Shown: one piece after another, positions 10,233 to 21,000 of the stretch | Position numbering within the stretch: position 1 is the stretch's first letter | How the letters are laid out: each line of letters starts with the position of its first letter | Virus record (IMG/VR): IMGVR_UViG_3300035188_001035 | Span: 28,963 to 92,962 of that record | Strand: one strand, 5' to 3' | DNA length: 64,000 bases | Source of the DNA: a virus | Notes under the pieces: model-generated | The model's input: the letters and a program-made list of their open reading frames with translations, nothing else | The model's database searches: none | Told to the model about the DNA's origin: nothing | Program-made: the position numbers and the translations under genes

Positions 10233-11492
10233 ATGGAAACAATATTTATTCAAATAGCATCATACAGGGATCCTGAATTAGTACCAACTATTAATGATCT
10301 GATAGATAAAGCAGCAAATCCTAACAATCTAAGATTCGGCATAGCGTGGCAAAATAATAAAAAAAATGATGCTTGGGATAATATAGATTTATTTAAAAAT
10401 GATAAACGATTTAGAATTATAGATATAGATTATAAACAATCTCAGGGAGTATGTTGGGCCAGAAATAAAGTACAACAGTTATATAATAATGAAAAGTATA
10501 CACTACAAATAGATAGTCATCATAGGTTTATAAAAGATTGGGACATTTTATTGATAGACATGGTCAAAAATTTGCAAAATGATGGTTATAACAAACCATT
10601 GATCACCACATACTTGCCTAGTTATAATCCAAAAAATGACCCAAGTGATAGAGTTATGGTTCCTTGGAAAATGAATTTTGATAGATTCATACCAGAAGGG
10701 GCCGTTTTCTTTTTACCAGCACCATTTGACAATAATGATGATATTACTAAACCTATACCATCCAGATTTTATAGCGCACACTTTGCGTTTACATTAGGTG
10801 ATTTTGTTAAAGAAGTACAACACGACCCTAATTATTATTTTCATGGTGAAGAAATAAGTATAGCAGTAAGAGCATTTACACACGGATATGATCTTTTTCA
10901 TCCTAATATTGTTGTGGCTTGGCACGAATATACTAGAAAAGACAGAACCAAACAGTGGGATGATGATAAAACTTGGCATGTAAGAAACCAATTAAGCCAT
11001 TTAAGAAATAGAAAATTATTTGGAATGGATAATGAAAAACAAGATATTGATTTTGAAAAATATGGTTTTGGCAATATTAGAAGTTTAACAGATTATGAGA
11101 AGTATAGTGGGCTATCGTTTAAATCAAGATCCATTACAGATGATGTGATTTATCATAAAAATCCTAATTTGAATAATATAGATATTCCTGATAAAGATTT
11201 TCAAGAATCATTACAACACATTTTTAAATATTGTATAAATTTACCATCAGATAAAATTAATGAAAATGATTATGATTTTTGGGTGGTTGCTTTTCATGAT
11301 GCTGAAGATAGAACAGTATATAGAAAAGATAGTGATAAAGAAGAAATAAAAAATACAGTTTCTAACGGGCGACCGACCTTCTATAATATATGGAGAGAAT
11401 TTCATGTTTCCGAAATGCCAAAAAAATGGGTGGTATGGCCGCACTCACTATCTAAAGGCTGGTGCGAAAAAATAGAAGGTTCAATAATATGA
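10233..11492 (+). CDS. GT60 family polypeptide GlcNAc-transferase (Gnt1/Skp1-hydroxyproline GlcNAc-T-like, Pfam GlcNAc)
   Basis: TIFIQIASYRDPEL, SQGVCWAR, LQIDSHHRF (DSH metal motif), FHGEEI, GYDLFHP, HEY are hallmark motifs of the family. Confidence 0.85.
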   Translation: METIFIQIASYRDPELVPTINDLIDKAANPNNLRFGIAWQNNKKNDAWDNIDLFKNDKRFRIIDIDYKQSQGVCWARNKVQQLYNNEKYTLQIDSHHRFIKDWDILLIDMVKNLQNDGYNKPLITTYLPSYNPKNDPSDRVMVPWKMNFDRFIPEGAVFFLPAPFDNNDDITKPIPSRFYSAHFAFTLGDFVKEVQHDPNYYFHGEEISIAVRAFTHGYDLFHPNIVVAWHEYTRKDRTKQWDDDKTWHVRNQLSHLRNRKLFGMDNEKQDIDFEKYGFGNIRSLTDYEKYSGLSFKSRSITDDVIYHKNPNLNNIDIPDKDFQESLQHIFKYCINLPSDKINENDYDFWVVAFHDAEDRTVYRKDSDKEEIKNTVSNGRPTFYNIWREFHVSEMPKKWVVWPHSLSKGWCEKIEGSII

Positions 11493-12319
11493 AAAGGGCA
11501 TTGGTTGGTTTTGTAACAAATATTACAGCTAATTATTCAAAAATAAAAATATGGACTAATAGCTTTAAAAAACATTGTAAAAATGATGCAATATATCTTA
11601 TTGCAGCAAATGCATCAAATGAAGAAATAGACTTATTAATAAAACTAGATATTAATATTCATAATATTATTATTGATGATAATGATTTACAATTTATCAA
11701 CCATAAAAGACTTTACTATACATATGATCTTTTGTCTAAAATTGATATAGAATATATATTAGTTACTGATGTTTTTGATGTTATTTTTCAAAATGATCCA
11801 TTTAAAAAATTAGACTTTAATAAATTTGATTTGTTTCTAACTTTAGAAGGAGTGTTGGTGAGTGAAGAACCTTGGAATTCTGATGTAATAAACAAAATTT
11901 TTCCAGAATACTATCAGTTATGTAGAAATCGAGATGTAATTTGTAGCGGCATTATAGCAGGAAAACGAGACCATCTAATTAATTTATTATCTAGCATGTA
12001 TAATTTGTGTGAAAACTGTTCAAATAATCATAATATAAAAGATCAGGCCGCACTTATAGTTTTGGATACTATCAAACGTATTGATGCACATATTAAATAT
12101 CTATCATTAAAGGATGGTTGGGTCGTGAATTGTGCCGTTGCTGGGCCAACCAATTTTTTTGAATCTTGGGGATTTAAGAATACTATTGAAAAAAGATACC
12201 TAGATATACCAGTATTAAGAAATAATAATATATATATTGGTGATTTACAATATGATATAGTACATCAATTTAATCGTATTTCTGAATGGAATAAGGAGTT
12301 AATAAAAGATTATGAGTAA
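11489..12319 (+). CDS. GT-A glycosyltransferase resembling the PLOD/LH3 glycosyltransferase domain
   Basis: LVTDVFDVIFQ, CSGIIAG, DQAAL, IVHQFNR; ATGA-coupled start at 11489. Confidence 0.6.
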   Translation: MKRALVGFVTNITANYSKIKIWTNSFKKHCKNDAIYLIAANASNEEIDLLIKLDINIHNIIIDDNDLQFINHKRLYYTYDLLSKIDIEYILVTDVFDVIFQNDPFKKLDFNKFDLFLTLEGVLVSEEPWNSDVINKIFPEYYQLCRNRDVICSGIIAGKRDHLINLLSSMYNLCENCSNNHNIKDQAALIVLDTIKRIDAHIKYLSLKDGWVVNCAVAGPTNFFESWGFKNTIEKRYLDIPVLRNNNIYIGDLQYDIVHQFNRISEWNKELIKDYE

Positions 12320-13064
12320 TGCAATATGCATGTGTACAACATCAGAGACATACTCCCAAAATTTAATAGATTGGAAAAAGAATTTTATTGATGAGAACAC
12401 CTATTTGATTGTAGATAAAACTAAAAATAGTAATTTTAATTCTAATGATTTTATATATACAGAATCTGATATTAGAAAAAATCTTAATTTTAATCATGAT
12501 GTTAGCAAAAAGCACTACTGGAATAGCTATGGCAACAGAAATATTATCTGGTTTTATGCGCATTTTAGAATGATTAATTTCTATTTAACCCATAATGATT
12601 TTGACTATTATTGGTTTTTTGACGATGATGTATATATGGATAATTGGCAAAAATTTATTGATACTACAAATAATTATGATTATGATTTTATGTCATATTT
12701 TTGTTTTAAAAAGAATAATGTAAAATCTACAGAAAATATACCATATATCGATCACAACACAACTTCTGGACAACTGTGGTTTGAAAGATTTCCTGGTCAT
12801 AATGACATACTACCAAAAACAAATGAATATTTTGGGTCTTTTTTTCCAACGGTCAGGTACTCTAATAAAGCGATGAGAAAATTGATTGAAATTAATAGTT
12901 TAGGATATTTTGGTTATTCTGAGGGTTTTGTTCCAACAGTATTAAATATGTATAATTTTTCACTCAAATCTATTATCAATCCTGATAATTCATCAGATAT
13001 GTTCGATATTAACGATATAAATATTTTACATAAAAATATAAGGATTACATGGCAATGGATATAA
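12312..13064 (+). CDS. putative glycosyltransferase (DUF3405-like, GT-A)
   Basis: FDYYWFFDDDV (DxD), FFPTVRYS, SEGFVPT. Confidence 0.6.
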   Translation: MSNAICMCTTSETYSQNLIDWKKNFIDENTYLIVDKTKNSNFNSNDFIYTESDIRKNLNFNHDVSKKHYWNSYGNRNIIWFYAHFRMINFYLTHNDFDYYWFFDDDVYMDNWQKFIDTTNNYDYDFMSYFCFKKNNVKSTENIPYIDHNTTSGQLWFERFPGHNDILPKTNEYFGSFFPTVRYSNKAMRKLIEINSLGYFGYSEGFVPTVLNMYNFSLKSIINPDNSSDMFDINDINILHKNIRITWQWI

Positions 13065-14425
13065 AAAAGCCAATATTAGTTACAGCTATTTATGATATAG
13101 GTAGAGATAATTGGGAATCATATAATCTATCATACAACAATTATTTAGCATGGATGCGCAATACTCTCTCATTAGATAGTTATATTGTAATTTATACAGA
13201 ACGGAAATTTTTGTCTAAAATAGAGGAAATGCGTAAGGAATTCGATCCTACACTAGATAAAACAGTTATTATAACAACACCAATTGAGGAGTTGGATGCG
13301 TATAAACTGTACTATACTAAACTTTGTGATTTAATGTTCAGTAAAGAATTCAAAGATAAAATACATACTAAAGTTCCAGAGATGACCAAACCCCTATATA
13401 ATGTCATCATGTTCAATAAAATATTTTTTCTAAAAAAAGCTAAAGAATTTTTTAATGGAGATTTTTATATTTGGGTAGATGCTGGTGGTCTAAGAGAGAA
13501 TATATCCAATTATAATAATCAAAGATGGCCATGTTTGAATAAAATCAACGAACTAGATAACTCAAAAATAACATTTTTTAGCCATAGTCAAACTATAATG
13601 ATTAGGAATCAAGATATCGAAAATCATGCGTTGTCTCAACAAAGATACATACAAGGAACAGCTTTTTTGATTCCGGTAAATTTGATAGATGAATTATTAG
13701 ATAATTTTAATCAAACTATTAATGAATCTCTGGAACATCAATATATAGGAAGTGACGAAAAAATATTCGATATAACTTATTGCAAAAATAAAACCAAATA
13801 TAGTTTAATTAAGTGTGATTGGAGGACTTACTTTAATATATTCAAAGACGATGGACTAAAACTTTTCGATAAAGACGGAAATAGACCTTCAAAAATATTT
13901 CTAGATCTAGGATCTCATCAATTACAAGGATTAAAAAAATATATTGATAAATTATATATAGATAATAGCTGGGAAATACATTGTTTTGAACCGAATTCTA
14001 TGGTTAAAACAGAAGAGTTTATTGAAGCGATTAAAGAATTGTCTATTCAATTTCATAAAAAAGCAGTATGGATAAGAAATGGAAGAACTATTTTTAATCA
14101 ACACGGAGAAAAAGGAGAAGGGCAAGGTTCTTTATTGGAAGAAACTGAAGGTGGAAAAGCGTATGGAGATTTTTATGCAGAAGAGGTAGTGGACTGTGTT
14201 GATTTGCTAGACTTTATAAAAAAATTAGATCCTAAAAAAGATATTTATATCAAAATGGATATAGAATGGTCAGAATATAAAGTTCTTAATAAATTATTAT
14301 CTGATTGGCCTAAAAATATCAAAAAGATATGGATTGAATGGCATGGATCTAATAGCAATAAAGAGAATATAAAGACTCTAGAGGATGCTATTAAAAATTT
14401 AGGAACAGATCTAGAGGTAATTTAA
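13049..14425 (+). CDS. HtrL/YibB-like glycosyltransferase fused to FkbM-family methyltransferase
   Basis: N-half LVTAIYDIGR, YIWVDAG, GSDE; C-half FLDLGS, CFEPN, KAVW, IKMDIEWSEY, IWIEWH. Confidence 0.75.
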   Translation: MAMDIKKPILVTAIYDIGRDNWESYNLSYNNYLAWMRNTLSLDSYIVIYTERKFLSKIEEMRKEFDPTLDKTVIITTPIEELDAYKLYYTKLCDLMFSKEFKDKIHTKVPEMTKPLYNVIMFNKIFFLKKAKEFFNGDFYIWVDAGGLRENISNYNNQRWPCLNKINELDNSKITFFSHSQTIMIRNQDIENHALSQQRYIQGTAFLIPVNLIDELLDNFNQTINESLEHQYIGSDEKIFDITYCKNKTKYSLIKCDWRTYFNIFKDDGLKLFDKDGNRPSKIFLDLGSHQLQGLKKYIDKLYIDNSWEIHCFEPNSMVKTEEFIEAIKELSIQFHKKAVWIRNGRTIFNQHGEKGEGQGSLLEETEGGKAYGDFYAEEVVDCVDLLDFIKKLDPKKDIYIKMDIEWSEYKVLNKLLSDWPKNIKKIWIEWHGSNSNKENIKTLEDAIKNLGTDLEVI

Positions 14426-14430
14426 TCAAT

Positions 14431-15141
14431 CTATTTTTGTGCATATTCTGATCTAGGATATCTTTTAGTATAGTGATCTATCTTTGAATGATGCATACAA
14501 TACGGATTTGCAAAACCTTTATTTAAAGCGTTCAAAAGCCAAAACTCTCCAAAAATTCTAAATTCGATAGGCTGTAGTTGAGAATCTTTTCTTATATAAC
14601 AACCATATACATCATTAAAACTTCTAATTTTTTTAATATAAGAATTTGATGCCCACCAAAAATTACCAGAAAAATGTGGATGTTTATGACCGTCTTGTAT
14701 AGACTGAAGATTAACTCCACAAGCATCATAATTTTTTAAATATTTTGTTGATTCGTCCCATAATTCTATCAAGAAATATTCCATTAAGTCTATCCAATCC
14801 TGTATATTATCTTTTTCATTTTCTTTTGAGTGTGCTCTCCACACTCCTTTACTATGTAAATATAAAATATTATCTTCGTCTGAAAATTCCTTACATTTAT
14901 TCCATAAAAAATCTAATGTGTGTCCTTCCGTACTTTCATTATTTGAATTAAATGATAGATGAATTTTATTATCGTCTTTTAGAAGTGAAATGATAGAATC
15001 ATCAATATGTTTACCTATCATATTAATATATATTGTATTAATAGAATCATAAAGTCCATAATTTTTAATTTTATGCATGGTTTTTTGGAATCTATCAAAG
15101 TAGTCATTTATACAAAACATATGATAAAAGATATAGTTCAT
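14431..15141 (-). CDS. putative glycan-modifying/GT-like protein
   Basis: ILYLHSKG and HFSGNFWWA motifs; glycosylation-cluster context. Confidence 0.55.
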   Translation of the reverse strand: MNYIFYHMFCINDYFDRFQKTMHKIKNYGLYDSINTIYINMIGKHIDDSIISLLKDDNKIHLSFNSNNESTEGHTLDFLWNKCKEFSDEDNILYLHSKGVWRAHSKENEKDNIQDWIDLMEYFLIELWDESTKYLKNYDACGVNLQSIQDGHKHPHFSGNFWWASNSYIKKIRSFNDVYGCYIRKDSQLQPIEFRIFGEFWLLNALNKGFANPYCMHHSKIDHYTKRYPRSEYAQK

Positions 15142-15150
15142 AATATAGTT

Positions 15151-15828
15151 TTAGTTTTTAAAAAAGTTGTACGCTAAATAATCTTCTATCTCATTCTGAT
15201 TTCCTATATCGAAATGATGATCTCCTAATCTACCATCATCGATTCTATTATATTTTTTAACTTGAAATTCTTCCCTAGTTTTAGAATAATAGTGATTTAA
15301 TTGAGCAATATCTGTTGGTACATCTAGATAAGGACAATTAGGGCGATGAACTTGCATACTAGGGGTGTTTTTATCGATTCTTACTATAGATTTTCCAATA
15401 ATATCAGGATTAATACCTCTTTTTGTAAATCTTTGTAAAACACTATAATTATTATTTTCAACTTTATCCAAACCATTATTACCAAAATAAAACCATCTAA
15501 AACAAAACGCAGCATATTCTTTATAGTTTTTTAAAAAATCTTTTATATTTTTATGATTTTTTAGAACTAAAAATTCATCAATATCAAAAAAAGCAGCATA
15601 TTCATATTCTGATTTATAATCGTCAATAAATTTATTATAACTATAAATTTGTCTATCTCCTCTATCTTCATCAAATTCTATTTTAATTAAATTAGGATGA
15701 TTAAATTTTGTGCGCCAATTATTTTGATAAAGAAATATATTATCGAATCCTAATTTAATATGATATTCTACCCATTCTTGAATATAATAATCTTCATTTT
15801 TAGCTATACAAACACACGCTGTTTTCAT
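15151..15828 (-). CDS. GT92/GT2_4-like glycosyltransferase
   Basis: CIAKNEDYYIQEWVEYH, GFDNIFLYQN, FFDIDEFL, LNHYYSKTREEF; start moved to ATG 15828. Confidence 0.8.
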   Translation of the reverse strand: MKTACVCIAKNEDYYIQEWVEYHIKLGFDNIFLYQNNWRTKFNHPNLIKIEFDEDRGDRQIYSYNKFIDDYKSEYEYAAFFDIDEFLVLKNHKNIKDFLKNYKEYAAFCFRWFYFGNNGLDKVENNNYSVLQRFTKRGINPDIIGKSIVRIDKNTPSMQVHRPNCPYLDVPTDIAQLNHYYSKTREEFQVKKYNRIDDGRLGDHHFDIGNQNEIEDYLAYNFFKN

Positions 15829-15830
15829 AT

Positions 15831-16487
15831 TTATTTGCACCAGTTTGTTGATCTGTTTCCACTCATGTACGATTCGTACTCTCCAGGCATCAACTGATTT
15901 TTCCAATCTTTGTACCAAGGAAGATGTTTAGAAGTATATGGTCCAGCTAATCTTATATATGGCCAATTAGTTGTATAGTTATTATTAATCAAACAAAAAG
16001 TGGTATCTATATCAGCCCAATACATTTCTATCTCTTCATGTATGACCTTATTTTGCCAAAATTTACTTTCCCATTGTTTTATAGTTTGATTTTCATATTT
16101 AACATCTTCTCGCAGATTATCACCAGAAATATCTAAAGCAACCCCTACTTTTCTAATTTTATATTTTTCAGAAGTTTCATACATTATTTGTATTGTTTTT
16201 TTATCTACAGCATCAGATATTTCAATATCAGGATCTGTCAATAGGAAAATGGGTCCAACTATTTTTTTAATTGATTCTAATTCATACACCCTATGTCCAT
16301 GATTCTCCGATAGTCTAATAATGTTTAGTTTAGAATTATCCAAAAAATTTACCATTGGACCGTATGTACTATTATTATCAACAATGAATATATTATTAGT
16401 TATATTAATAAGTCTTTCACAAATTTTTTTAACATATGTATAATTATTATATGCTATAATTAAGCATGGTATGTTTTCTGTATTCAT
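15831..16487 (-). CDS. GT2-like glycosyltransferase
   Basis: IIAYNN, IVDNNST, LTDPDI (DxD), ADIDTTF, HLPWY. Confidence 0.75.
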   Translation of the reverse strand: MNTENIPCLIIAYNNYTYVKKICERLINITNNIFIVDNNSTYGPMVNFLDNSKLNIIRLSENHGHRVYELESIKKIVGPIFLLTDPDIEISDAVDKKTIQIMYETSEKYKIRKVGVALDISGDNLREDVKYENQTIKQWESKFWQNKVIHEEIEMYWADIDTTFCLINNNYTTNWPYIRLAGPYTSKHLPWYKDWKNQLMPGEYESYMSGNRSTNWCK

Positions 16488-17035
16488 ATTAATTCTTCAT
16501 TAAAATTTAGAATAGTTGGCCATAAATATTCTACCATATAATTGGTCTCGTTTTTGACTTCATATGTAGGTAATAAGCTTTTGATTTTTTCATACTGATC
16601 AATATCTCTTTTTTTTATTAAATTTCTAGAAACAATACATTGAGCTGAATTAATAAACTTTATTGGTAATTTATAAGCAATATCGTGTTTTTTACATAAA
16701 TTTATTGTTCTATCAAGAACTTCGCCACCTCTTTCGTATACTCTTCCCAATGGTACAAATTCTTTATCGAAGTTAAAATTATTAACAATATTTAAAAAAG
16801 AGGCACAGTGGAAAAAAGGATTATCTTGACTAAAACAAACATAATCTGGTAAATCATAATAATTATCTATTATATAACTTAAATAAGCTATAGTGTCAAA
16901 ACCTACATTTGGTAAATCAATGTGGTATTTTCCATTATTAATAGGATTTTTATTATAAACAATGTATTCATGTTTTAATTCATTTATCCATGTAAGATTT
17001 TGTTCATAATGACAGATGATAATTTTCATTTTCAT
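16484..17035 (-). CDS. DUF3431-like protein (putative GT-A)
   Basis: LPNVG.D..AYLSYIIDNYYDLPDYVCFSQDNPFFH, EYLWP. Confidence 0.7.
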   Translation of the reverse strand: MKMKIIICHYEQNLTWINELKHEYIVYNKNPINNGKYHIDLPNVGFDTIAYLSYIIDNYYDLPDYVCFSQDNPFFHCASFLNIVNNFNFDKEFVPLGRVYERGGEVLDRTINLCKKHDIAYKLPIKFINSAQCIVSRNLIKKRDIDQYEKIKSLLPTYEVKNETNYMVEYLWPTILNFNEELI

Positions 17036-17059
17036 ATTATTATACCTATATTGTGATGA

Positions 17060-18073
17060 TTATATAATAGGGGTCTCGGTTGGTGTCGGGCTTGGCGTTG
17101 GAGTCGGAGATGGTGTTGGGCTAGGCGTCGGACTCGGTGTTGGTGACGGCGTTGGACTTGGAGTCGGGCTTGGTGTTGGTGATGGCGTTGGACTTGGAGT
17201 CGGGCTTGGTGTTGGTGATGGCGTTGGACTTGGAGTCGGGCTTGGTGTTGGTGATGGCGTTGGACTTGGAGTCGGGCTTGGCGTTGGAGTCGGAGATGGT
17301 GTTGGGCTAGGCGTAGGACTCGGTGTCGGCGATGGCGTTGGACTTGGCGTTGGAGTCTCGGTCGGTGTTGGACTTGGAGTAGGACTCGGCGTCGGGCTAG
17401 GCATTGGAGACGGTGTTGGACAATTAAGGCTATTGAAAAACTCCATATTAGAATAACAAGCAATAGTTGGCGTTGGTGTAGGAGTAGGAGTTGGTGGAGG
17501 TAATGTTGGTGTACACGCAATTGTAACACAAGGAGTTGGTGTAGGATTATACAAATGACACGCAACATCTATCCAAATTAATCCACCTTTTTCGCAACAG
17601 TTAGATTCTTCTGAAAATCCTTCATACTGAGTATGACCGAGGAACTGAATAGTCCCGCAATACTGCGAATTATAATTTGGTATTTGTTCTATAGGCATAC
17701 TAAAATATCTATAATTACAATCAGTATCTAGGGTTGGTGGCATAATAGCCCCGGAACATAAGCTTAGAGACTCCCAATACATTCCTCGGCCAGATCCATG
17801 CACCAAAACCTGAGGAACTCCCTCACTAAAATTTGGTATTTGTTTTATATCGTGGTTGAAAAATCGTTGACAAGATTGTGCTCCACCAAGAGTTCCAGAA
17901 CTACAAGCATCTTCTGTTTCACCATTAATACTCATCCATCTTAAACCATCAGCAGTATCATAGGAATGAGTTAATATTTGCTCTTTATTAGCGTTGAATC
18001 CTGATAATTGTTCCATAGGTACATTGAAATACCTGTGAATTCTACACCACTTTGGGTCTTGATATGCACACAT
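17060..18073 (-). CDS. virion fibre-like protein with three internal repeats and C-terminal (PTPS)n tail
   Basis: Last structural gene of the - strand operon; 3x R[YF]F...Q.L.H...G.xW repeats, then ~120-aa PTPS array. Confidence 0.8.
   Translation of the reverse strand: MCAYQDPKWCRIHRYFNVPMEQLSGFNANKEQILTHSYDTADGLRWMSINGETEDACSSGTLGGAQSCQRFFNHDIKQIPNFSEGVPQVLVHGSGRGMYWESLSLCSGAIMPPTLDTDCNYRYFSMPIEQIPNYNSQYCGTIQFLGHTQYEGFSEESNCCEKGGLIWIDVACHLYNPTPTPCVTIACTPTLPPPTPTPTPTPTIACYSNMEFFNSLNCPTPSPMPSPTPSPTPSPTPTETPTPSPTPSPTPSPTPSPTPSPTPTPSPTPSPTPSPTPSPTPSPTPSPTPSPTPSPTPSPTPSPTPSPTPSPTPSPTPSPTPSPTPTPSPTPTETPII
17069..17419 (-). repeat. coding PTPS tandem repeat, inverted relative to the arrays at 8957-10190
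   Basis: Includes three copies of a 36-nt unit (ggcgttggacttggagtcgggcttggtgttggtgat). Confidence 0.95.
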
Positions 18074-18092
18074 TAGTATTTACCTATCATTA

Positions 18093-21000
18093 CTAAGGTG
18101 GTCCACCATCATCTAAACATTCTTCAGTAGTACTAAAAAGTGGTGGAGATCCTGTTCCTATAATCATATACGTTCCACCAGGACAATCACTAGCGCTTTC
18201 ATCACCACCCAAACTTGAATCGCATATCAGATACATTGTTACCAAATCACCAGCTGCTGCTCCGTAACCCAAAGGATTTCTTACGTCATTTATTAACGTT
18301 GATCCCAATATACACTCTGAAGACATTGAATGATCAACATTAACTGATATTCCGGATGCGGTGTTAGAAGTAAAGTCATTATCTGCTGTACCAGTTACCA
18401 ATAATGGTGCACTAGATACGTGCTCCATGATAATGTATTCATTATTTTCATGAAGTTTGGCATATATTTTACTGCCTTTATAATAAGTCTTACCTAGATA
18501 GTCTTTAACATTAATAAAATTACAACCAGATCCAGCTAATTTAGCTTCTCCACTGCACATAGGATCAATACGTTCTGTTAATTGAGCGATAACAATTTTA
18601 TTAGAGTCTCCTCCTGCTACCCATACTCCTCTTTTTCTATCAAACCTTAGATCTATAGGAGCAACTGGCCAAGTTCGTGGATTAGCGAGCCAATTATCCA
18701 TAAATTTATCAGCTAATCCTGAGTTATTAAAAATGCCCTTTTCAGTATCTATTTGAATATCTGTAGAATTTGGTATAGGTTTACCATCAGTATCATAACC
18801 CCAAGCTTGTAAAACTAGTGGGCCTCTTAGAGCACAAAATCCGAAATCATCATGATCGTCGTATCTGTCAGGATCGTGAGAAGATTTAATATCAGCAATA
18901 TCTTCACCAAATGAAAGCATTAAAATATTAGTACTATCAGATTCTCCTCTAGAATCCCATTCTTCTAATAACTTCTTAGATAAAATAGGATTTAAATATT
19001 TTTGATTAATAGGTAAGCCTTTTGATCCACTATTCTTTTTATTTGTTGATGAATTTTCATCATCTTGATCCCAGCTTTGAAAATAAGGACTCAGTCTATA
19101 TTTTCTGCCCTTGATCGATACTGGAGAAATTAAACCATCTAATGACATTAATGCCATATTATATACGGCATCTCCTGTGACTGCACTTTCTACTTCTTTT
19201 AGAGTATTAAGTCCCATTTCATAATTTTTACGCGTTGTTGATGATGAACTATCTTCTTCCGAAGTATCTTCTTCTTCTTCTTCTTCTGGTTGTTGTTCTT
19301 CTTCGCATTGATCAAACGATGAATCACATATACCGTCTAAGTTTATAGCAATGCTTGGAGTGCATTCATTATTTGGAGTTGGTGTTGGTGTAGGAGTTGG
19401 TTCGTTATTTTCTTCGCCACCGCCTCCTCCATTATCTTCTTCTTCTAAGATAGCATCATAATATCCACCAATTAATAAGGACGATGGAGAAGCCGAAACA
19501 TTTGGCGAAGCAACTCGACTTAAAATTTCTTGTATACCTAAATCTTTTAACCTTTGTGCGATAGCTTTTCTAGTTTCTGCCACCATAATAAGTGAATTTT
19601 TTCTTTGTGTTCTAATAATATCTAGTATTCTATTTCTTTCTTTATTTGCTTTCTGAACCTCATCAGACAAAGCCTTGGCGTATTGACCAAATTTTGCTGA
19701 GTATACCTGAAATGAATAATCTGAAGTAACACCGCCCTCATTATAATTTACATTAATACTCTTGATTGTAGCTATTGTATTACGAAAAACCCCTATACTG
19801 TAAGCTGGTGGTTCAGCAAGTGTTACACTACCGCTCTCTGTTTTATTGGTAAATCTAAGACCAGCATTGGACAAAGCTGTTCCCACAGTATTCATACCAG
19901 CATAATCACCATAGGCCCACGGACTCAAATCGGTTTTTACAATTTCTGTTGAGCCTATTTGTCCTTGACTACCAACCCAAGGACCATAAACATAAATATT
20001 ACTTTTCATAGGTATATTAACAGCATAATACATTGCTGCTGCATTTTCTAGTTTAAAAATATTGATAGCTGTTTTTCTAGTTGCTCCCTTAATTCCTTGT
20101 TGATGATTCGATATAAAATCTGTTACATTTTGTGCCATACCGAGCATAGCGGCTAAAGCTCTTAAACCTTGTGTTTTAATTCTATTATCCGCATTAACTG
20201 TTAGTCCTAAAAAGGGTGTTTGTATAACCACATCATTAGTATTGGTTTGAGGATTATTATAAACTTGTCCTGTGGTAGTTAATGATCCATAGATCATATT
20301 ATTAGTTGGTTGATATACATAATTATTATCAGAAAAATCTTTAGATATGATAAAGTCAATATCAAATGCCCCAATCCGTCTTTTTCTACTTCCGGCGGCT
20401 GAAATCATACCAAATCCATTAACTTTACCATCTTGAGTAATAAATAAAGAAGGATCAATTAATCCCATTCTATTAGCTGGTGTTCCGTATCCAGCCTCTA
20501 CGGGAACATCTGATAATGATACTGAAGTATTATCTGATGCCATACCACCGTATAAACCATATGGAGCATGAGCACATATTGTATTAACAGGCACAAGCCA
20601 GTATCTACCGTACCATGTTTTAATAAATTGTTGGAACCATGCATATGCTCTTTCATATAAAACAACATTTACAGCAGCAGAGAACGCGGTGGATATCCCG
20701 GAGATATCGTCCATAGCTCTTGCGAAACCGTTCACATTTCCATTGTTAGCAAAACCTTGCAAAGCATTAAACGCATCTAAAACACGACGTAAATTGACTT
20801 GTCCCAATCCTAATAAATTAATAAGAGTTCCGGACAAGCTTTGTTTATTATTTTCATTACATATTATACCATATAATTTCCACATTTCCGAACTACCAGT
20901 AAAGAGTATTTCTTCTTCGGAAATGGTAAACATAGGAGGAAATCCATTAATAATAGCGGCTATAGGACTAGTATTAATAGGAACTGTAAAATTAATACCA

